Shown here: piece by piece, positions 49,878 to 59,738 of the stretch
How the letters are laid out: every line of letters starts with the position of its first letter
Position numbering within the stretch: the first letter of the stretch is position 1
Assembly (NCBI GenBank): GCA_014905635.1
Contig: CM026547.1
Coordinates: 1,550,001-1,614,000 of the forward strand
From: Scenedesmus sp. PABB004
Taxonomy: Eukaryota
DNA: 64,000 bases
Direction of reading: 5' to 3'
Notes under the pieces: generated by a model
Database searches by the model: none
Seen by the model: the letters and a program-made list of their open reading frames with translations, nothing else
Told to the model about the DNA's origin: nothing
Translations under genes and position numbers: made by a program

Positions 49878-50044
49878 GCCGGCGCGCGGCGGCCAGAACC
49901 AACAGCTGGGGCGGGGGCCGGCGATTTGTACACGCGGCGGGCCACGGGCGCGCGGGCGCGGCGGCGGGCTCGGCCTGGACGGCCGAGGGCTCGGTGGTGG
50001 GCCTGCAGCGCGCGGGCGCGGTGCAACACAGACCCTGTGGCGCT

Positions 50045-50049
50045 TTACA
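50045..50049 (-). terminator. TGTAA polyadenylation signal for the TPR gene
   Basis: TTACA on the + strand about 65 bp downstream of the stop at 50113. Confidence 0.55.
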
Positions 50050-50112
50050 CGCCGGCAATGCCGCGGCGCGCGCGAGCTCGAGCGACGCCGACCGCGGGCT
50101 CGCGCGCCGCTC

Positions 50113-51567
50113 TCACTGCTCCTCCTCCTCGTCGTCCATCGCGAACGAGAGCTTGGCTTTCTGCTTCACCTTGGCCGCGCCGCCGCCGCCGCCGCCTGCT
50201 GCGGCGCCTGCTGCCTGCTTGTTGGCCGACGCGCCGCCGTCCCGCTGCCTGTCCGGCTGCTGCTTCTGGCCGCCGCCACTGCCGCCGCCGCCGCCGGGCT
50301 TGGCCTTTTTGAAGACGTGCTTGCGCTCACGGATGTTCTGCAGCTCCAGCGCCGACGCGCGGTCCAGCGCGGCGCGCAGCGTCTGCGGCCCGGCGCGCGC
50401 GCACGGCGTGGGCGCGCCTGCCCGCAGCGTGTGCGCGCGCGCCTGCCCGCCCGCGCGCGCGCCGCGCCGCGCCGCGCCGCGCCGCGCCTGGTCGTCCGGC
50501 TCGAGCTTCACCGCGCGCTCGTAGGCCTCCTTGGCCTCGCTGTAGAGCTGCAGGCCCATGTACGCGGCGCCGCAGCGCGCGTGCGCCTTGACCCAGCCCG
50601 GCCGCAGCTTCGCCGCGGCGCGCGCGTCGGCGAGCGCGGCGTCGAAGCGCCCCAGGTTGGCGGCTGCGGCGGAGCGGTTGCTGAAGTACACTGCGTCCCT
50701 GCGGCGGACGCCAACGGCGGCGGCCAGCGGTGAGCGGTCAGCAGGCGGCGCGGCCGGGCAGCGCCGCGCGGGCGGGCGGGAGGGGCGCCGCACCCCGGGT
50801 CGAGCTCGACGCAGCGGTCAAAGTGCTTCAGCGCGGCCTCAAAGTCCTTGGCGGCAAAGGCCTTGTTGCCGAGCTCCTTCTCTCGCCCCGCCTCGACCTG
50901 CCGCGCGCGGCGCGGCGCGGCGCGGCGCGGCGCGGCGTGGGCGCCGCTGCCGCGCGCGGCGCCGGCCGTTGCCGCTGCGCGCGGCGGCGCCGGCCGCCGC
51001 TGCCGCCCGTGCCGGCGCGCCGCCGGCCGCGCCTTGGTGAGCGCCTCTGTGCCCAGCTGCTCCGCGAGCTCTGGGTTCTCCTCGAGCGCGCGGCGGATCG
51101 CCTCCTGCTCGTCCGCGGCGTCGTCGTCGGCGTCGTCCTGGTCGTCGGCGGCGCGGCGCCGCGCCTCGCCCGGCTGCACGACCACGGGCTCGTCCTCGTC
51201 GGCGGCCGCGTGCGTGGGCAGCATGTGGGCGTAGGGCGCGAGGAACTTGGGCAGCTGGCGCGTGAAGTTGAGCGCCGTGTCCTTCACGCGCTTCTTGCCC
51301 GCCGTGCCGCCGCCCGTGCCGCCCGTGCCTGCGCGCGGCGCGGCGGGCGCGGCGGCCTCAGCGCCGGCGGCGGCGGCCTCAGCGCCGGCGGCGGGGCGCG
51401 GCGGGGCGCGGGCGCCGCGCAGCAGCGAACGCGCCTTTGGTGAAGCCGCTGTGCTCCTCGCGGTCCTGCGGGGCCCAGGAGCCGAACTGGTCATCGAACT
51501 CGTGCGTCTGCTTGCGCTTGCCGCGCCGCTCCCCGCCGCCGCGGTCGCCGCCGCCGCCGCCGCGCAT
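50113..51567 (-). CDS. Three-TPR (carboxylate-clamp-type) co-chaperone-like protein with DUF4604-like flanks, 5 exons
   Basis: EKELGNKAF..KDFEAALKHF; AVYFSNRSAA; PGWVKAHARCGAA; flanks LNFTRQLPKFL and C-terminal KLSFAMDDEEE. Confidence 0.82.
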
Positions 51568-52049
51568 GGCGCCGCGCCGCGCCGTGCAGCGCGCGCGCCG
51601 GCAGCGGCGCTGCCCGCGGGCGCCCCGCGCCGCGCCGCGGCGGCGCCGGTGAATGCCTGGCGCGCCTCCGGCGGCGCGGTCCCGGCGCTCCGCGCCAACC
51701 GGGGCGCTGCGGGCACACAGGGCCGGGCGCGGACGCGGGCGCGGGGCGGGCACGGAGCTGGGGATGGCGTCGGGCGGCGTCCGGGCGGGGCGCGCGGGCG
51801 GCGGTGCGGCGCGGGGCGGTGCGTCGGGACGCCAATGCACGCGGTGGGGCTGCTGGACAGGCCTTTTCGGTCCTGTCTCAAATATCTGCGCAAAACCGCG
51901 TCGACTGCTGGCCGCCCAGCGCGCCCTTAGCGTCCCCCCGCCGCTGCGCTCGCTCACCCTCCCCCGGTTCCGTTCAGTCTCGGCTGGCGGTTCGTTCGGC
52001 TCCGGTTCCGTTTCGGCTCGGCTCCCGGCTCGCGTGTGAGGTCGGCACC

Positions 52050-53355
52050 ATGGGCTCCGTCAAGCTGTGCGTTGCGGCGGGCGCCTGGGCGGGCGCTGGG
52101 GCGGGCGCCCGGGGCCGCGGGGGCCGCGGCGGGGCCGGGGCGCGCGTGGCGGGCGGGCGCGCCGCCCCGGGGCGCGCCCCGGCGCGCCCGGGGCCCGCGG
52201 GCGGCGGGGGCGGCGCCCGGGCGGCGGATCAGCGGCCGCCCGCAAGATCGCGGCGCCTCGGGCATCGCTGCGGCGCGCCGGGACGCCGCGGCGCGGCCGA
52301 TGCGCCCTCGCGCCCGCCCGCCCGCCTCACGCGCGCCGCCCGCGACCCCGCGCGCGCAGGTACGTGGGTAACATCCCCTGGTCCACCAACGTGGACGACC
52401 TGCGCGAGCTCTTCGGCCAGTATGGCGCCGTGGAGGACGCCTTCATCCCCCAGGTGCGGCGCCGGCGCGCCCGGCCGCGCAGCCCGCGCCCCGGGCCGCC
52501 CCGCGCGCGGTCCTCCGGCGCGCGCGCGACCAGCCGAGGCCTCACCGGCCCCCGCCGCGCCGCGCCGGCGCCGCGCCGCGCAGGATCGCGAGTCCGGCCG
52601 CCCGCGCGGCTTTGCCTTCGTGACCATGTCCAACGGCTCCGAGCAGGCCATCCAGGCCCTCAACGAGACCGACTTCCAGGCGAGCCCCGCCGCCCGCGGG
52701 CTGGCTGCGGGCCGCGGCGCCGGGCGGCCGGACGGATGCACGCGAGCTCCGGCACGCCCGTCCGCGCGCCCCGGCGCCCGCGCCGCGGCGCAGCCGCGCG
52801 TGCGGGCGCGGCGCGCGCCGTCCGAGGCCCTGCGCTCACTCCCCCGCCGCCGCTGCCACCGCCGCGCCGCGCAGGGCCGCACCATCCGCGTGAACGAGGC
52901 GCAGCCCCCGGGCTCTGGCGGTGGTGGCTTCCGCCGTGGCGGTGGGTACGGCGGTGGCTTCGGCGGCGGCGGCGGCGGCTACGGCGGTGGGTTCTTAACG
53001 CTGCGGCTGGCGCGAGCTCGCGCCAGCCGGGGCGCGAGGGCAGGGACGCCCACCCGCCCCCCGCGCCCGCAGGTGGCGGCTACGGTGGTGGCGGTGGCTA
53101 CAACGGCGGCGGCGGCGGCTACGGCGGTGGCGACGGTGCGCGGCACGCGCGGCCGGCCCGGGGCGCGGCGCGGCGGGGCGGGGCGCTGCTGGAAGCGCGC
53201 GCGCGCGCGCGCGTGCTCCCTCCCGCCCGCGCGCTCGTGCCGACCCCCTGCCGCCCGCCCCTCTCTCCCCGCGCGCGCCCCCCTGCGCCGCAGGTGGCTA
53301 CGGCGGCGGCGGCTACGGCGGCGGCGGCCGTGGCGGCTATGGCGGCGGCTACTAG
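52050..53355 (+). CDS. Glycine-rich RNA-binding protein (RRM plus GGY tail), 6 exons
   Basis: KL|YVGNIPW (RNP2); DRESGRPRGFAFVTM (RNP1); GRTIRVNEA; GGGYGGG repeats ending GGY*. Confidence 0.93.
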
Positions 53356-54675
53356 GCTGCTCGCCCGCGCGCGCGAGGAGGAGGAGCGTGGGCCGCACGC
53401 CGCGGCGCGGCGCAGCGCGCGCGCTGGCGCGCCCGGCGGTGCGGACGGTCGGCGGCCAGGGGCGCGCGGGGCGCGGTGCGTGAGCGCCGCGCCCCGCGCG
53501 GCGCCCTGTGCCGGGCTGCGGCCAGGCCACGGCTGGCGGCGGGGCGCGAGCATTGATGTCGGTCGGCGCCACCAGTGCCGCTCGCTGCCGACAAACGCGC
53601 CACGATCAAAGAAGGGTACCGGAGGCGTGTGTTGACTGGTGCTGCTGCTGCTGCTGCGCGCAGCGGGTTGTCCGGAGTGGACGGCGGGGGCGCGCGGCGG
53701 GGCCCGGCGCGCGCCGCCGTCCTGCTCTGCGCAAGGACGCGCTCGCGCGCCGCGCGCGCCGCCGCCGCCCCCTCGACGCGGGTGGCCTCGCCTACACTTA
53801 CGCAGCGCCGCGCACGCCGCGAGGCGTGGCGCGGCGCGTGTGCTTGTACCTTGCGCGTGCGAGCGCGCCGGAGCCCGGAGCAGCGTTTGGGACGACTCGC
53901 TGCCGCATGCAGCGCGCCAGCACCCCGCTGCGAGACTCTTGTGTACATGACACATGTTGTTGTTGGGCTGTTCCCTTGCAGGCAACCAGCGGTGACCGAG
54001 CTCGCGCGATCGGGCTCGCATCCGTCCGTCCGCCGAACGGCCGGCGCGCGCCGCGCTGGCAGCGCCTCCAGCTCCCGCCCGGCGTCGCCACGCGCGCGGC
54101 GCCTGCGGCGGCGCGAGAAGTCCCGCTCCGCGCGACTCCAGACCCCAAAACCCCCCCACGCGAGCGACGGCATGCGCCGCCAGCCGGCGGCGGCGGCTGC
54201 GACCGCAAACGCGCACCGCAGCCCTCGCGCTCGCGGCCCTGACCCGGCCAACCCACCAGCTCCAACGCCTGCGGAGCCCGCGTCGACCGGCTAAGGTGCG
54301 GGCCCGCCCCGCCGCCGCCGGGGCCCTGTCGTGGCGCCCTGGCCGCCCGGCTGCCCGGGGCCGCGCGCGCGCTTGGCCGGGCAAAGGCGGCGCGGGGCGC
54401 GGATCGCGGCGCGCGCCGCGGTGCTTGCCGCGAGGGTGGCGTCTACCCGTCGCTCTCTTTAGAGGCGTCACTTGGGATGATTCCTGGCTCGCAGCGGCCC
54501 CGTGGGCCGCCCACGGGGGCCCCGGGACGCTGGCTGTGCGCTGGGCCTTCCGCGCGGCCATCCTCTGGCCCCACGGCGCCGGGAGGGGTCGGCGCGCGCG
54601 GGCCATCTGCTCACTCCCGCCGCCCCGCGCCCCGCGGCCCCCACGCGATGCGTTGCCGGCAGGGTGTCTGGAGAG

Positions 54676-56620
54676 ATGGAGCGGCAGCTGCAGCGCGGCC
54701 GCGCCGCGAAGCGCGCTGTCGAGCAGGCCGCGGCAAGCAAGAAGACCTGCACATGCTGGCCGAGATGGAGGAGCAGGCGCGGGCAGGCAGAGGGGCCGCG
54801 CGCCGAGCTGGCCGCGCCGCCTGCCCACCCCCGCCGCCGCCGCCGCGGCGCAGGCGCGCGCCCCGCCCAGCCCGGCACGCGACCTCGTGCCCAAGCGCCT
54901 GAAGCCCGCGCCTGCCCTCGCGCCCATTCCTGTGCACGACGACGACGACGAGGGCCCAGCCCTGACGGCGCGGCCCGACGGCTACGCGCGGTGCGGGCGG
55001 TCGGGCGCGCGCGAGCGCCGAGTGTCGGGAGTCGGCCCCGCCGTCGCCACGGCCGCGCCCCTGCCCACGCCTCCCCGCCATCGCGCGCGCCGCAGGCTGC
55101 AGCAGCTCGACAGCGACGATGAGCCCGCGGTGCGCCCTCCGTGCCCCGCCGCGCAATGCCGCCCGCGCGCCGCGCCCGCGCGCGCCCCGCCATGCGTCGC
55201 GTGTCGCGCGGGGCGGGGGGCCAGGCGGGATGGGGCCGGGCGGGCGGCTCACCGTTCTGCACCGCGCGGCGGCGACCGCTGCCCGTTGCGACCGCCGCTG
55301 CTGCCGCCACAGGAGGTCGACGGCGACGACGAGGACGACAAGGAGGGCCAGGGCGACCAGCGGCACAACTGGCTGTTCTGCCGCCACCAGGGCTGCCGCG
55401 CCACTGCCGTGTTTGGGCCCCCCGGCCGCGCCCCGGAGGTTTGCGCGGCGCACAAGGTGCGCGCCGCGCGCAGCCCTCGCCGGCGCGCCGCGCCTGAGCG
55501 CGCGCCCGCGCGCGCGGCCTCTGCGCGACGTCGCGGGGTCGTCGGCCACCACCACGCACCCTCGCGCGCGCCGCGCTGCCCGCAGGAGACCCACATGCGG
55601 CGGCGCAGGGAGGCGTGCGGGCTGCCGGGCTGCGACAGCGACAAGCTGGCCACGCACCGCGTCGACGACGGCACCGGCGCGCCGCTCATGGGCCCTGAGC
55701 ACCTGCGCTGCCCCGACTGCGCCAAGTCGGCGGCGCAGCGCGACGAGAAGCTTGTGGTCAGCGCCTCGGCCGCCGCGCGGCTCTGCCGCCACGAGGGCTG
55801 CCGCGCCGCTGCCGCGTTTGGGCCCCCCGGCCAGCTGAAGGCGCCGCCGGCCGGGGGCGGCACGCCGCAGCCGGCGACGCCGCGCATGCCTGCGCTGCAG
55901 GAGCCAGGCCGAGGCAGCGCTGAAGCGGCGGCCAACGGGCAGGGCGGCCCCCCGCCGCGCGGCGCGGGCGGCGCCAGCAGCGCCAGCAACGAGAGCCAGA
56001 AGCGAGCTGCCTCGACTAGCGGCAAGCCGGGGCTTGTCATCTCCCTGCGGCGCCCTGCCGGCGGCGCCAGCGGCCAGCAGGCCGACCCTCACCACGCCGG
56101 CGTGCTCGAGCGGCTCGGCGGCCCCCCGGGCGGCGGCAGCGGCAGTGGCGGCATCAGCCGCGGCGACCGCGGCGACCAGCGGCCGCCCGCGCCCCGCGCC
56201 GGCGCTGGCGGCCGCGCGGGCCACGCCCGCGCGCCCGCGCTCGGCGCCGCGGCCGCGCGGGGGTCGGGGCCCGCGCCCGGCAGCGCCTGGCTCAGCCGTG
56301 GCAGCGGCGGCTCGGCCGGGCCCCCGCCGGGTGCCGGCGGCCGCGGCGCGGGCGCCAACCAGCAGCAGCGGCAGCAGATGCAGCAGGCGCAGCACCAGCA
56401 GCTGCTGTACCAGCAGCAGCTGCTGTACCAGCAGCAGCTGCTGTACCAGCAGCAGCTGCTGTACCAGCAGCAGCTGCTGTACCAGCAGCAGCTGCTGTAC
56501 CAGCAGCAGCTGCTGTACCAGCAGCAGCAGATGCAGCAGGCGCAGCACCAGCAGATGCAGCAGATGATGCAGCAGCAGCAGTGGGGCGACCTGGGGGCGT
56601 GGCAGCCGCCGCACCAATGA
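54676..56620 (+). CDS. Hypothetical protein with EsV-1-7-like Cys/His repeats and a Gln-rich tail; 5' end uncertain; apparent frameshift near 54734
   Basis: Exons bounded by splice sites; LFCRHQGCRATAVFGPPGRAPEVCAAHK, ACGLPGC...CPDC, LCRHEGCRAAAAFGPPG; (LLYQQQ)7. Confidence 0.55.
56402..56527 (+). repeat. Perfect 18-bp coding tandem repeat CTGCTGTACCAGCAGCAG x7
   Basis: Read directly; flanked on both sides by a ~30-bp direct repeat encoding QQMQQAQHQQ. Confidence 0.95.
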
Positions 56621-57093
56621 CCTGCTGCCGCGTGCGACTGCCGCCCCGCCCCGCCTGGGCTGGGGGCCCATGATTGGCGGCGGCGCGCGGCGCTGCTGGC
56701 GTGGTGGCGCAGGGCGGCGGCGGGCACGTGCTTGTGCGGCTGGGCGGCCCGCGCAAACGCGGTGTGGTCGCCCAAGGTCCGAAGTTTCTCTTGACCGAGC
56801 ATCAGGCATCGACCCTCCTCGCAAGTAACCGATCCAGCGCGAGCCGACACGCGGGCGGCGGGGCGCAGCGGCCCCTGGGTTCAGCGCGGCAGCGGCACCC
56901 GCAGCCCCGCGACCCCCTCCCACCACCGCCGCCAGCCCACAGCCGCGCGCTCTGCGCAGACCAGCAGCAGACGTGGCGCGAGCCAGCGCTGCCCGCGCGC
57001 TGCACGCCGCCCGTCGGCGCTGCCGCCGCCGATCTTGACCGCCTGCGCGCCGTCTCGACGTCACGTCGGCAGCTGACCGTGATAGCCACGCGC

Positions 57094-58993
57094 ATGCAGC
57101 CCACGCTGGCCCCACACCGCGGCGCGGGCGTGTCGCAGCAGATGCGCTACAGGCCGCTCCGCGCCTGCGGCCCGGGCGCCGCCGTGGTGCCTCGATCGCG
57201 ATTGCAACGGTCGCGCAGGGTCCTCCACACGCCTCGCGCGAGCCTGCAGGTGCGCGGCGGCGCCGGCGCGCGGGCGGCAGCAGCGCGGCGCCGCAGGCGG
57301 GCGGCATGGGCGAGGGGCATGGCCAACACCCAGCTCGGGGCCCCAGGAGCTGAGCACCGACGTGGCCATCATCGGCGGCGGCCCGGCGGCGCACACGGCC
57401 GCGACGTATCTCGCGCGCGCGGAGCTCGCGCCGGTGCTGTTTGAAGGCTGGATGGCGAACGGCATCGCGCCCGGCGGCCAGCTCACGACCACGACGTACA
57501 TCGAAAACTGTGAGCGCCGCCGGGACCGCCGCGGACGGCGCGCGTGCGCGGCGGCCAGCGGCGCTCACCACTCACCGCCCGCCGCCGCGCCGCCGCGCCG
57601 CCGCGTTCCCGCAGTCCCCGGCTTCCCGGAGCCCATCCTCGGGGCGGACCTCTGCGACCGCTTCCGGGCACAGAGCGTCGTGCACGGCACGCGCGTGTTC
57701 ACCGAGACGGTCGAGAAGCTGGAGCTCAGCGGCGGCGGCCCGTTCAAGCTCTGGACGGACAGCAAGCTCGTGACCGCGCGCGCCGTGATCATCGCGACCG
57801 GCGCGGCGGCCAAGCGGCTGCGCATCCCCGGCGCCGACGAGGGCGAGGGCGGGTTCTGGAACAGGGGCATCAGCGCGTGCGCCGTCTGCGACGGCTCCAG
57901 CCCGCTCTTCAGGCGTGGCGCCCGCCGCGGCGCGCGCGCCGCCGCCGCCGCCGTCGACGGCGCCGCCGCCGCCACGCCGCCGCGCCGCCGCCGACGGCGC
58001 TGACGGCCGCCGCTGCGGCGGCGCGCAGGAACAAGCCCGTCGGCGTCGTGGGCGGCGGCGACGCGGCGATGGAGGAGGCCTGCTTCCTCGCGCGCTACGC
58101 GAGCACCGTGTACGTCATCCACCGCTTCGACTACCTCGAGGCCAGCAAGGTCATGGCCAAGCGCGCGATGGCAAACCCCAAGATCCAGGCGCGCCGCCCG
58201 CGCCGCCGCGCGGCCGCGCGAGGGGGGGGGGGCGTGGCGGCCCGCGGCGGCGGCGGCGCCCGCGGCGAGCCGCCCGGCGAGCGCCGCGCGCGCCGCCGCC
58301 GCCGCGCGCGCGCGCAGTTCCTGTGGCAGCGCGAGGTGGTTGAGGCGTACGGCGTGGAGGGCGACGACGTGCTGGGCGGCGTGGTGCTGCGCGACCCTGC
58401 CGGCGCGCTGTCGCGGCTGCCGCTGTCGGGGCTGTTCTTCGCGATCGGGCACTCCCCCGCGACCGCCTTCCTCGGCGGGCAGCTTGAGCTGGATGAGTAC
58501 GGCTACGTCATCACAGCGCCCGACAGGTGAGCGAGCGCCCGGGCGGCTCAACACGTCGCAGCAGGGCCAGGGCACCGCACAACCGCGCGCCAAGCGACGG
58601 CGCCGCCGCCGGCGGCGCCTCTCCACCGCGCCGCTGCGCCCGCCGCCGCCACACGCGCCCGCCCCGCCTCCCCTCTCCTCACCAGCACCGCCACGAGCGT
58701 GCCGGGCGTCTTTGCCGCGGGCGACGTGCAGGACCGCAAGTGGCGCCAGGCGATCACCGCCGCGGGCTCGGGTGCGCGCGCCGGCCGCGCGGCGGCGGCA
58801 GGGCCGGGCGGGCAGGCGGCCCAAGCGCGCGCGCTGGCAGGGCTCGCAGGCACGCCCGCCGCCGCCGCCGCCGGCCGGCGCCGCAGGCTGCATGGCCGCG
58901 CTCGAGGCGGAGCGGTTCCTGGCAGAGTCGGAGAGCTCCGGCTCTGGCGCCGGCACCAACGGCAAGCAGCAGCCCGTCGCGACGGCGTCGTGA
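57094..58993 (+). CDS. NTR: Low-molecular-weight thioredoxin reductase (NTRA/B-like) with transit-peptide-like N-terminus, 7 exons
   Basis: [45 protein letters not shown]; active site [52 protein letters not shown]. Confidence 0.95.
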
Positions 58994-59738
58994 GGGGGCG
59001 GCGGCAGCACTGGGGGCCGCCGCACTGCTCAGAACGGCGGGGGCGGGGAGAGAGGGAGAACGTCGGGGGGGGGGGGGGGGGCAAGCGGGCTGCCCGCGCG
59101 CAGCGTCGACGCTGCGCGTGGGCGGGCGGGGCCGGGGCGGGCCGCCCGCGCGCAGCGTCGTTGTGCGGCGGCCGCGCGCTCTGGCGCGCGTGGGTGTCAC
59201 GAGCGAGGCCATCAAGTAGTAGCGTGTTCAGTGGCTGTGCGGGGTGCGTCGTTGGGAGTGGCTGGAGCGTGGCGCCGCCGGCGGCGCGCCGCGGCTGCCG
59301 CGCTTCTGAACCGCCCGCCGCCGCAGCGGCGCAGCTAGCTCGCCGCCCGCCACCGCCTCACACGGACCTCCCGGCAGCCTGGCAGCAGCGACCAGCGCAG
59401 CCGCCCCGCTCTCTCGTCCTCGCCCCGCGTGTGGCGCCCGTCTGCTGCCGCCAGCGCGCTGCGCACCGCCCGGCGGTGCTCGCTGAGACCAGCCTGGCCG
59501 TCGCGCCGTCGCTTTGGGTCGCGCCCCCGCCGACTTGGCTCAACTGATGGCTGCTGCTGCCGGCGGGCCGTGCTCCCGACATAGGCGCGCCAGCGCTTCG
59601 CATCGGTGCTGAGACAGCGGGAAACCGCCCGCCCGACGCCCCGGCCGAGCCAGGCCGAGCCAGGGGCCGCCGAGCGCTCGCCGCGCCGCGGCAGCAGCAG
59701 CGGCGCGCCGCCGCAGCCGCCGCGCGGCCGCCGCCGCC

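Noticed and set aside
56402..56527. Regular repeat as a possible CRISPR array
   Set aside because: No spacers, in-frame coding repeat, eukaryotic context, no cas genes
54611..57571. 986-aa - strand ORF and the many other long Arg/Ala/Pro/Gly ORFs in the track
   Set aside because: Low-complexity shadow frames with no recognisable motifs; stop codons are rare at this GC content
43824..58993. Bacterial-looking genes (pyrH, cysK-like, trxB-like) as an operon or contaminant
   Set aside because: All have spliceosomal introns and transit-peptide-like leaders and are interspersed with eukaryote-specific genes
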